From Albugo candida (Eukaryota): a stretch of 64,000 nucleotides of DNA. The stretch covers positions 62,001 through 126,000 of the forward strand of contig JBDOQK010000025.1 in NCBI GenBank assembly GCA_040437565.1. Direction: 5' to 3'. Shown here in pieces: positions 11,220 to 22,751 of this stretch. The notes beneath the pieces are model-generated. The model did no database searches. It was not told the origin of the DNA and saw only the letters and a list, made by a program, of their open reading frames with translations. The position numbers and the translations under genes are program-made. Every line of letters starts with the position of its first letter. Position 1 is the first letter of the stretch.

Positions 11220-14200
11220 ATGGGCATTGTCGCCTGGTATGGCCGCCTTAGTCGTAACTATAACATCGCTTCCCATCTCCATGCGTCAGTTCCTTTGCCA
11301 CAGTATCCGAACTCCAATTTGAAGCATACCCCTCCCAACGAATTACTGAACGTGCCGCCAGCAACTTACTTGGTATTCGGACAGCAGCAACAAGCAAGTG
11401 TTGAAGAGCCCCCTGCGAGATTTGCAGACCCGGGAATCAACATGAGTCAGGCACCCGAGCCTGGGGTATACGGGGCGACCTTACCTGCGGGATACCATCC
11501 TGGTATAGGTATTCCCAATCGAGGGTATGTAAACCCTGGGCAGCTGAGGGATAGGCATGCCGGACGCACAACAACGGAAGCTCGCGTTGCAACCTTTCGA
11601 CCAGAAGGAACTCTAAACACGGTCCTGTTATTGGTTTCTTAGAGTGGTGCAAATAATGTTTCCGTCAAGTCGGGTTCGTGGAGCGTGCGTGTGGCTTCGT
11701 GTGGCCGGAGGATATCAAGGTTGATGTCCAGGGTCAGCACGTAGCCGGAAAGGCCCAGACGTACTACCGTCCGCAGGTGGAGACATGGTGGCGTGAAAGC
11801 CAAACTTTGGAACATGCGATGCAAAGACTGTTGCAGACCTTCGATACGAAGATCTGTCCCGGGCAAAGCATGAAGCTATCCACGGCACCCAAGGAATCGC
11901 ATCGAAACTGGACGGACCATTTCTCTCTTTGACGGCAGTCAGCGATGCCTGTGGAGGTGTAGACAACCTTGTGCTGGACAACATTGTTAATTATGCTGAT
12001 CCACACATGCGGATGACGATGTTGTCCAGGTTGGACATCCACCGTGTAGATTACCTACGGCAAGCAGAAGAATTGGCGCAATTTGCCCAATCTACAAAAG
12101 TGAACTCTCATGCCAGGAACTTCGGTCGAGATGTGGTAAACACTGTTGAATCCATGAAAGAGTTCAGTGACAAGGTCAAGTCAAGACCACCGCAACCACG
12201 AACCGACACCCGGACTTCCTTTAAATATGGCGAAGTTGGGCACATTTGATCGCGGTTCCCGCTGATGAAGAACAAACCCACGGGTGCGAAATTCGTTTTC
12301 GCGGCTGACCATGGTGTGGGTGACCCAGGAAGCCAATTGATACTTAACAGCGGTTCGAGCAGACATTTGGTCAATGACCCCAGTCTGCTCACCGACCCGA
12401 CCGATTGTCGAAGGGAGTGTCTGACCGCAGCCACCGATGGAAGTTCTCTGCGGATCACCCAACAAGGGACTGTGGACATTCAAATGATCGCACTTGGTGC
12501 TGTGAACAAAGTGAGACTCCTCAACATTCAGTGCGCGGAAAACCTCGAGCGTAATATTCTTCTCTATGGGTCGTTCGAGATCAAGGCTTGCGTACTCGAA
12601 TATCGAGAAGGGAGGCGCGTGCTGTCCTCCGGCGTTGGTGGTACGCCCATTATGGATGTGGAATGTTGCAACAATGTCTTGGTTGTTGCTGTGACTCGTC
12701 ACGGCAATGATAATACCAAGCTATCACGGGAGTCAATGATGACGGTGATCCATTCGCCTGAATATGAATCCGATTCGGATGTTCAGTGCGGTACCTTCAT
12801 GCACTTTCATCGGCGTCTAGGACACCTATGTTTAGACACGATCACCAAGATGGCTAAGGATCCAGCTTCAGGAATACGGCTGACTGACACGACACGTCAA
12901 AGGTGTCTGGCTTGTGCCAAAGAGAAGCAGACCAAGCGAGTGAAGTCAAAGAGGGACACGGGCACAAATTCGCCCTTCGATGTGATCGGTGGCGTCACTT
13001 TTTTGGACCCCAAATACCTAATGACCCCTCGAGATCGTTTGGGAAACAGATACATGGTCAGCTTCATTGATCATCGTTCAAGCTACTGTCGGGTTTTCTT
13101 GGTCAAGTCGAAGGACGAAGCCGCGTTGAAGTTCGAGCTCTTCATGGCAAGCTTCGAGCGTGAATTCAACTGAAAGATCCATGTCCTACGCATCGATGGT
13201 GGTGACGAGTACAAAACGCTCGACATATTTTGCTCCTCGGAGGGTATCTCGCGTCAAGTAAGCGAGGTGGGAAATAAAGCGAGCAATGGCAAGGCTGAAA
13301 GATTGCACCGCACCATCATGAACATGGTACGGAGCATGGTTTTTGCATCGAGCATACCGCTCTCATTTTGAGGTGATGCCGTGGAATATACCTCCTATAT
13401 TATTAAACGAAGCAAGACCAAATGGAGCTTTTGACGAAGAAGGCTCCTGTGTTAAAAGACATCATGGTTTTTGGATCAACACGCACTGCGCATAGAGACC
13501 TGAAAAACAAGTCACTTGGGGATCGGGGCAAGTCAGGCATCATCAACGGACGAGGCAGCAAAACGAACGGGACAAGGTATACATCCCAGTGGATGAGGTG
13601 GTCGTGGTGACTCAGCATATACAAAACGTTGAAGCACCGCAGGATGACCAGAATGGAAGGAAGATCTATCCTGATACAGTTCGCCGTCAGGAGGATCCGC
13701 GCATGAATCATCGAACGGACTACGACGAGCATCGGAATGATGAAAATCATGCGAAGAAAGTAGGCAAGGTTCGAAATACTACATGGACCAGAATTCGTCA
13801 TGGTACAAGGTCGACAGTTACAAGCCAGCTTGCGAAGATCAAGTATGACACCTCGGCGGAAAATCGCGACGTCGTGTCTCACTCATCGGGCAAGATCCAA
13901 GGCACTATGAAGAGGCGATGAAGAATGAGCATCGTAATCAATGGCGCATAGCCATGACGGGAAAATTGGATGCCCTGAAGGCAAACGATGTCTGGAAGAT
14001 TGTTGTACACTCAAGGAATGCACACGGGCTACACAGAAAGTGGTTCTACAAGACGAACACCGACGCGAACGGACGGAGGCATCGAGCGATACAAGGCTCA
14101 ATTGGTGGTTTGTGGAAACGAGCAAGTGTTTGGTGTTGATTACAATCTGACGTTTACGGCCGTGATGGATTTGGTGACCGTCAAGCTGATATTGGTGCTC

Positions 14201-14222
14201 TCCAGACGATGGGACGTCCCTG
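11220..14222 (+). mobile_element. Degenerate Ty1/copia retrotransposon gag-pol, truncated by a gap
   Basis: gag ERACGFVWPEDIKVDV, decayed Zn knuckle FKYGEVGHI, protease LILNSGSSRHLV, HRRLGHL..CLACAKEKQ, integrase RDRLGNRYMVSFIDH, RT ERYKAQLVVCGNEQVFGVDYNLTF. Stops and frameshifts are present. Confidence 0.92.
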
Positions 14223-15119
14223 NNNNNNNNNNNNNNNNNNNNNNNNNNNNNNNNNNNNNNNNNNNNNNNNNNNNNNNNNNNNNNNNNNNNNNNNNNNNNN
14301 NNNNNNNNNNNNNNNNNNNNNNCCCAATCATATTAATTTTACCAATAGGCTTGAGAGGATTTTAAAAGTTCCCTGCCTTTTTATGAACTCGCATCTATCA
14401 CGTGACGTCTCCCCTATGTAGATTGGATGATTTGGTAATTGCAGTGCATTCAAGATGCGATTATCTGCCGATACATCCATCATATTACATCCCCTGTTAG
14501 ACTTCACACACGTTCCTAAGTCAGATTTCCAACAAAGGTCCTTCTGGGTCTAATCTTCTTCGTTCCCGACGCAGCTTCATCTCCTCCGAATATGGCGCGA
14601 TGGATTTTAGCTCCGTGTACCTCGTTGCTCATCGTCCAATCTCAAGCACAGTTAAACTAAAGTCAACTTTGATTTGTCTCTCAGTTTCGGCGCTACAAGT
14701 CGCAGACGGCTTCCGTGGTCGTTGCTGCTTCTCAACGTTGATCACCGCAAAGATCAAGCAAAAAGAAATTTGTATCAGCTTTTTTTACACCTACCGTACT
14801 TAAGCTACTCGGGTTTGTTCTTCATTTACTACCTAATCCTCACTTCGTACGGGACAGAAGGGTTTTGAATCCCATGGAGCACCAAGGGTACGTGCATGCA
14901 TTAAATACGATGCCGACTTGCAGGTAAAGCGTATCTGACACCCATAATTATTCAAGTAAGAGAGGTATGGCACTTACGTGATCGTATGAGGCCAGTTGAT
15001 ATGACTCAAGTCTAAGGNNNNNNNNNNNNNNNNNNNNNNNNNNNNNNNNNNNNNNNNNNNNNNNNNNNNNNNNNNNNNNNNNNNNNNNNNNNNNNNNNNN
15101 NNNNNNNNNNNNNNNNNTC

Positions 15120-17080
15120 TAGTAGCACTTCGTACTTAGTATAAAATATTGGTTAGGAATTTACTTTTCTAAGATTAAATAGTCAGTTTTGGCAATTTTC
15201 TGTAGCTCAACAATCTTCGTTCACCTTCCAGTAGCACAGTCTCATCAAGGATCGTACTCGGATAGAGATAAACGCTTTCGTGAGAAGGTCAGCTTCCACC
15301 GCTTCGGTAAGATGAAGATAGGTTTCACTTTATTGAGGCATACTTCTGAATAAATTTTATTTTGATGTCAATATGTGAAGACATGCTGATTATTCAATTG
15401 ATGGGTTGCCGCTTCATTATCCATCTCCATCGTTATACGTTCAAGTAAAATTTGATGAGTACACGAAAAATGGTGTAATGGCTTTCTTCTTGCGACAAGT
15501 TGATCCCACAATCATGCTATATACGCCACAAATCCACCGCTTTTAGATTTACGGTCGACTTTATCACCCGCAAAATCAGCGTCGCTCTTGCTTGTGGGCT
15601 CGATGACTATAATCCTGCTTTTTGCTATTTTTAGGTCATATCCTAACGTCCTTGGCTCTGTTCGGATACTGCGCGATATGCTTGGCCAGCTGTCGTGGGT
15701 GCATGTGCTCGGTGCCTTCTCGATGCATCTCATATGCAAAATCAGTACCTGTACACCGTTCCAGCCATATTAGGAAATCACCATCGCCTAAAATTTTTGC
15801 ACCTTATCATCTCATCGGGTGGTAGTGGGTCTACGCTGGGAAAACTATAGTTTTAATCCAGCTCAAAAGGCATGGTAATTGAATATGCCAAATTTTTGCT
15901 CAAATCTTATTGGTAAACTTTTCTTGGTAACTTCATATTCACCCTATAACAAATAGGATATTCGCGTCCCCGGAAACTTTTTTCCGACTCCTAGTCCTTA
16001 ATATGCAACGTCACCGAGCGTTTGAATACTTGGTCGGCAGTTTTCCATCGCTTCTATGTATATGTCCTTGACATACACCCTCGTCACAGTCTAACCATCA
16101 CTGTAAACTTTGCAGTAGAGATAGCTGTTCGTGACACATTTCATAAAGCCTTCTCACAGCAATCCGCATATAATATTTCTGCGCACAGTCGGCCTACTTC
16201 AGGGCCTAAAGGCTGATCTGGAGTCGTGGTTAACCTGTCCAGCGCTGCACTTCAAGTCACCACAATTTTCTTCAATCTACTATCATGCCTTGCGGACATC
16301 AAAAAGGCATCAATATCTGTATCCGTAGACGCATTAACGTACACATTTGGCACATCGCCCTGTCTCGCTGGAACGCCTCATATTTCCGAAAGTGCCAGGA
16401 AGACCTAGCCTACCGTCTCTTCCATGATGGTGGCGCATGTCAGCATGTAATTTTTTCCGAACGACTGATCGCTGGCACACGCTACCCCACGTAGCGCTCC
16501 AAATCACCATCTGCCATTTGACTCCGTCTTAAAGACCCATTTTGTGGGGATCGGGTGCAATATATCATTGCGAGTTGAGAACTCCATGTGTCATTCGCGA
16601 TAAGATATCCAATTTTAGATTTTGCCCCCCCCCCTTTGTCACTCTTCACCAACTTTTCAGTTCTTTGGATCTTCATGATAAACTGCACCGACCACCTCGC
16701 TTGAAGGGATTATATTTCCTCGATAATGTGGTTCACGACCGTGGATGTATCAGGAACGGACAAGTCCTTCGACAAGAACTTTTTGCGGGGCGCCTTCTTT
16801 GACCTTCACGCTTGCCGCGAGTCTTTTGCTCAGAAGATTTAATCTGCGGCTCCTCTCGATGTACAATAGCGTTCCTTGTACTCGGGAACTTTCAACCCTC
16901 GTGTACGCCTCAAATCCGTCACGCATTTGCGGATAGATTGCAGATACGCTTACGCTCATTGTCGCATAATTTGAAAGCAGCGTTCAAAATGTACCACCCG
17001 GTCTTTCGTAAATAGCACACGACAACCTTTTGATTTCATCGTTCTTTATAATAAACAGTCCCGACTCCCTTCGCCTGTAT
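15120..17080 (-). mobile_element. Degenerate Ty1/copia RT-RNase H remnant
   Basis: SDADFAGDKVDRKSKSG (copia RNase H start, 15530-15590), MADGDLERY (RT N-terminus, ~16490-16520), HIDIK-like motif at ~15365-15380. Confidence 0.8.
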
Positions 17081-17356
17081 AATATTTTATGCTATAGCAT
17101 CCGGATAGCAGTACATCTCATCCTTAGCTTGACACCTATTAGCACCTCGATGACCGATGGTTGAGATGCGGTTTCGAATACGTGCTGCGTATCTTCAGTC
17201 GGACGTAAAACTAATCTAAAATTCATATAACATACAGTATCATGAGTCATTTGGTGCATGCGTTTCGCCTTCACGTTGGACGTTTGGCTTCTCATCAAGT
17301 AGAGCAGGTCCATCTACTCAAATTGAATCTATGAAAGAAGCAGCAGATACTAGTTC

Positions 17357-17573
17357 TGTTGAAATGGCACGAATAGTGATGTTGAAAGGGCACGACTAGT
17401 GATGTGAAAGGAAATTGTTAGAAAAGATAATAGGACCATAAGCTTCAGATAAAGCAAGTTCACTTTTACTACATACTGTTCAAGAAGCATGGAAAAACAA
17501 CAGGTCATAATCCCAAGAACCCCGTAAGAACCTCCTGTAGCTTCACTTTGCGCACAAGATAATGCGACAAACA
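17357..17573 (+). mobile_element. Putative copia LTR (TG...CA), ~217 bp
   Basis: Starts TGTTG and ends AAACA. It is followed by a degenerate PBS-like string (AGTTTTAGCGCGCAGG) and then a gag remnant. Confidence 0.4.
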
Positions 17574-17579
17574 AGTTTT

Positions 17580-19080
17580 AGCGCGCAGGTCTCTCAGGCA
17601 AGTGAGGACGGAGTCACTGAGCATGGTGTAGACCATCTGGACAGGATGGAGAGACTCATAGGGAGCCTAATGAGTGATATGACACGGGAACGCGTATAGT
17701 GTACTCAATTGACCCCCGCGAAATTAATATTCCGCCCATGGAGAGTGGTTCGAGCGCCTTCAGCCAGTTCTTTGGTTCCCGACAACAGCGATTCAGAGAT
17801 GACTCACTCAGTGAAGCCTGGGTGCAGATGCTGTTTGCTGCACCGCGGTCCCGATTGCAGCAGCAACAATTCTTCCCGATTGTGCACCCTACGGCGCACC
17901 TTAATATGCAGCCAGAGAAGCAGTTATTTCCCAAGCAGTTCTTTCCCCAGCAGAGCTTTGAGATAAAGATGCCAATCGTCAAGGATATGAAGCCACTAAT
18001 TGAGCGTTTTACTGAAAAGGAAGAATACAGAGGAGTTGGCGCTGGAATTCAAGACCGGGGGTTGCAGTTATTGGACGAACTTGGTGCAGCTCAATAACTT
18101 AGTGGAGTCGAGTAACCTGAAGAGTTCCAGATGAGCACNNNNNNNNNNNNNNNNNNNNNNNNNNNNNNNNNNNNNNNNNNNNNNNNNNNNNNNNNNNNNN
18201 NNNNNNNNNNNNNNNNNNNNNNNNNNNNNNNNNNNNNNCATGGTGTAGACCATCTGGACAGGATGGAGAGACTCATAGGGAGCCTAATGAGTGATATGAC
18301 ACGGGAACGCGTATAGTGTACTCAATTGACCCCCGCGAAATTAATATTCCGCCCATGGAGAGTGGTTCGAGCGCCTTCAGCCAGTTCTTTGGTTCCCGAC
18401 AACAGCGATTCAGAGATGACTCACTCAGTGAAGCCTGGGTGCAGATGCTGTTTGCTGCACCGCGGTCCCGATTGCAGCAGCAACAATTCTTCCCGATTGT
18501 GCACCCTACGGCGCACCTTAATATGCAGCCAGAGAAGCAGTTATTTCCCAAGCAGTTCTTTCCCCAGCAGAGCTTTGAGATAAAGATGCCAATCGTCAAG
18601 GATATGAAGCCACTAATTGAGCGTTTTACTGAAAAGGAAGAATACAGAGGAGTTGGCGCTGGAATTCAAGACCGGGGGTTGCAGTTATTGGACGAACTTG
18701 GTGCAGCTCAATAACTTAGTGGAGTCGAGTAACCTGAAGAGTTCCAGATGAGCACTCTCAATTGATATCTCGATGGTATCTCAAGAAAGAACTTCAACAA
18801 GATGAAAGGACGTCTGGCCATCGGAAAAATTAACGGTTGAACATCTGATGAACAAGATGTTGAAGGTTTACGACAGAGAAGTTACTATCGACCGGGCCAC
18901 GCAGTTGTAGCGAGCGCGTGAACAAAATGATCGCTCAGGTACGGAACACTACCAGTAATTGGCTACCGCTTTTTTTGTTCTTCAGTACATTTGTGAAGGG
19001 GCAACGACGGGGGTGAAAAGAGCCATGCAGACTAGGCTCTATCGCCGTCTCACTAACCATCTCAAGCGGGCATGAGGGAT
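17580..19080 (+). mobile_element. Copia gag remnant (first part duplicated across the gap, 617-bp offset)
   Basis: IERFTEKEEYRGVGAGIQDRGLQLLDEL..PEEFQ resembles the gag of the element at ~11.6 kb. In-frame stops are present. Confidence 0.65.
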
Positions 19081-19149
19081 GTCAGACTTTGCCGCGACAT
19101 TCGCGCATGCTAGTAGCGCAAGTGTGGTAGTGTCGGCAGACAACCTACT

Positions 19150-19414
19150 GAAAAGCGCAATAATTTTTCCTTTCCAGGTTGACGGCACGCGACTCGAGTG
19201 AGTCCGTACTCAGCCTGCTGTCTTGCTCTCTCTGGAAGACCTCCATTTGATTCATCCTTTGGGACAAGTCCTCGAGCATGGCCAGCATCCTTTCGATCGC
19301 CTCCACAGACGCTGCCGACTTTTATTGTTGGTAGTGATCGCTGGTCTTATCTTGACCATCGGCCACAACGGTAGTTTAGCCGCGCCATCAACACGTTTAG
19401 TTGGGCTCATAACC
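19150..19414 (-). mobile_element. Copia 5' remnant: half-tRNA-iMet PBS plus start of gag
   Basis: GGTTATGAGCCCAAC on the minus strand at 19414-19400, followed by a coiled-coil gag-like frame SVEAIERMLAMLEDLSQRMNQME. Confidence 0.55.
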
Positions 19415-20112
19415 AATCAAACGTTGTTCGCACTTGTGCAAAGGATATAGGAAGTAAAAAAGTGAAATATATTGAGCGTCGATTATTTGTTCCTAGTTAA
19501 GCTTACCATATGCATATGACCAGCCCTTGATGGTCCTGATCCCATAAGAGATCCGTATGTCAATGTCTCTCCCATCATTACCATGTGTCAGCTTGTCGGC
19601 CAGTCAGGTGAGGTTGACCTTAACCTGTAACAGGTCTTGCAGTCACCTCTGGGGAGCCGCCATACCTGTCAGAAACAAAATCTTCTGACAGATCCAGCCA
19701 CCAATGCTGATGGAAATCGGCCATCCCTAGTGAGCAAACACTTACCTTGTAAGCTTGGCTCAATCTCATTGTGTCATTCGTCCTAATTTTCTTATCAAAA
19801 TAAAAGTTGGCCAATCCTATCAAATTGAGGGGATTTTACCAAAATCACTGAGGGGATTGTATCGATTCCCAATCAGTGGTAGGCATATTACGATGCATTG
19901 CTCAATTATGAGACGGTTCAAAAGAATTCTTTTGTTATGCTGGTGTCAGCGTGCGTTGATGCTTGGACACGCGCACAAATCAAATGTGTAAACAACCGGA
20001 AGAGGTGATTGANNNNNNNNNNNNNNNNNNNNNNNNNNNNNNNNNNNNNNNNNNNNNNNNNNNNNNNNNNNNNNNNNNNNNNNNNNNNNNNNNNNNNNNN
20101 NNNNNNNNNNNN

Positions 20113-22050
20113 ATTCTTTGTTTGCTTGCTTTCCGCGCAAGTAACAGGAACGTTCTTGACCATATCTGCGATCGTACCATCGGAATTACGTTGCGCAACA
20201 CGCGATTCATCTGCTTGTTACGTCAACTTGCATCCTTTTGCCTCCAACTTTCCATACGAGGAATGTTGAAAGATGGCGTCTAGTCGAGTGGGAGGTTGCC
20301 AGGTCTCTGGCCGCCTCGTTACCACTTCTGACAAGATTTGATGATTGAAATTCAGCAGGCGACAAAAGAGGCAGTACGGTGTGAAATGATGCAGGTGCCG
20401 ATATTCTAATAGAGAAAGAGTGGATAAATAGCAGGTTGCTCGTAGGTACGAGAGTAAAGATTGGTATTATACTTTGCAAAAAACGAGAACTTATTAGCGT
20501 GCTTCAAGAAGACAATGTTCCAAGGTAGGTTTTCCGCATATTTCACATCGTTTAAGAGAATTTCGCTCGGTAAACCGTTAATTGTTGCGATTTTCTTCGC
20601 CCGTCCTATCCATAACATCTTCATACCCTTCCTGTTTGAAAGTATGCGTGATTCCTTGCATTTCTTGCGATGCTGTAACAAATTCATATCCGATACGGGA
20701 TGCCTGCCGGAACCGCTCTCTAATTTCGATACTTTTTCCTTGTGTTTCAAACGTAGCAGTTTTGCATTTATTCTCTATAACGATGTNNNNNNNNNNNNNN
20801 NNNNNNNNNNNNNNNNNNNNNNNNNNNNNNNNNNNNNNNNNNNNNNNNNNNNNNNNNNNNNNNNNNNNNNNNNNNNNNNNNNNNNNCCCTTCCTGTTTGA
20901 AAGTATGCGTGATTCCTTGCATTTCTTGCGATGCTGTAACAAATTCATATCCGATACGGGATGCCTGCCGGAACCGCTCTCTAATTTCGATACTTTTTCC
21001 TTGTGTTTCAAACGTAGCAGTTTTGCATTTATTCTCTATAACGATGTCTTCATTGCTAATGGAGCCCTGCTTCCAGCAATCTCTTTTCATATGTCCGCTT
21101 GTCCCGAAACTGTAGCAGTTCCTTCGCTTCTTCGGCTTAAATTCCCCAATCGCAACGATTCGGTCTCGAATCTATTTCTTTGGCTCCTTTTGGTGCATTA
21201 CGGATTATACCTGAATCAATAAGCTGGGCGATTTGACGCAATTCCTCAGCTTGCCTTCTGGCGTCTTCTCTCATTGTGCTGACACGGGCTATCAAAGCTT
21301 GTTTAAATTCAGGCTTTGCGTAATTGATAAACTCTCCAGGAGTATATCGTCTGCTCCGCCGACTTCCTCCCTGACCGCCGTCCAGCTGATATTTTGCCGT
21401 ATAAAGGCGTGCTGCCTGCGTTTGTGATGATGTTGGGCCAGAAGACTTTGTCCATCACTTCTTCGACGCTAGACGCTGAGTCATCCATTTAGTGACCTGC
21501 TTCTCGTATCAGGCCAGATGCTGTCCTAGGCATTCTAGCTTCACCTCCTTACTCCGGATCCCGCCGGATGCTTGGTGGTCGTGCGATAGTTTTCGCAAGA
21601 AATGATAACATTGATAAACGGCGCCCCTAATCCAGAATATGTTTCCTTACAGTCGAATAGCTGAATGGCGAGCTTTATATTCCTTGGTGCGGTAAGTTGA
21701 CTCGGTTTGGCACGTCCAGCGCATTATGTACCATGGCTGCATCGGTTTCGCATCCAGGGATGACATTGTCAAACCCTATTGCTTAGTCAGCACATAAGCT
21801 CTTCGTTCGCGCGGCTGGTGCTGGTAGGCGGGAGCTGACATTTCGCTCGGTTTTTGTTTATGTCTTGTCAATCAAGTGTCTCCAGCAGCAGCGTCATTCG
21901 GTCCGTCGGTTCTTTCATGGCCTTGGTTTATGGAAGCTTGGTTGGGCTCATAACCTGTTGGCGGGTGAGCGAAGATGGTTGCGTTGCAGGAAGTTGCCAA
22001 AACTGACTATTTATTTCTAGGAAATCAAAATTCAAACAATCGATTAGACT
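20113..22050 (-). mobile_element. Degenerate Ty1/copia element: LTR end, PBS, gag, protease, pre-integrase
   Basis: LTR end ...CAACA abuts PBS GGTTATGAGCCCAAC (21955-21941). Decayed Zn knuckle SFGTSGHMKRDC (~21080-21110), protease-like LESGSGRHPVSD, VTCAESKQTKN. 20626-20786 is duplicated at 20887 onward. Confidence 0.8.
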
Positions 22051-22751
22051 ATGTATCGAGTGCGACCAGAACCCTAAAGCATATTTTCAATTCCTTCCAA
22101 CATGTGCTCGCTAAATCGAAAAAATAAGCGGAAACATAATCGTATATTGTGAGGGAGGAGTGTTGAAATGCGATGTGATTTCGCTGAGTCTTAGACCCAG
22201 CGGGTGACATTATCCCACGCGACAAGTACTTCAGTGATAGAAAGGGGCAGACCATGTAAGACTGTGGTGAAAGAGAATCCAACCAGTGAAATGACATTAT
22301 ATCCACTTGGGTATTTTTGCCACCACTCGTTAAAGCAGCGTTTTGATGCATTTTATAGGGCGACGTATCTCTATGACGGAGTTTATACTTCTAACCGCGT
22401 AATTGCATCTCTTCAAACCACCTTGTGCGTCGAACTAGTTAATCAGCAGATCCACCATTCACCATCACACGATACAGCTAAAGTCTTTCGAGCTTTTGCA
22501 GACTCGACTCAGCTACACTTCCACTGGAAATGACTATTTGAATTGTGTTTATGACACGATAGAAATCAGAATAACTATCCTTGCTACCTGCAACACACGA
22601 GGCGGCAGCAATTTTGTAATGGGCATGCAGCGGCAGACGTCAGTTTTATGAAATGCCCTCTATGCTTATCTTCCTCTACATCCCATCGTGTCGGCGATAA
22701 GCATCCAAACACAAAACTGGTAGTAAACGTTCAACATTGCCATTAAAAATC

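Noticed and set aside
14323-15017. Possible solo LTR starting TGTTAG at ~14495
   Set aside because: No matching end, second copy or TSD identifiable within the contig.
20461-21222. 253-aa plus-strand ORF and other antisense ORFs over genes and elements
   Set aside because: Shadow frames of minus-strand copia or coding sequence, inflated by N runs.
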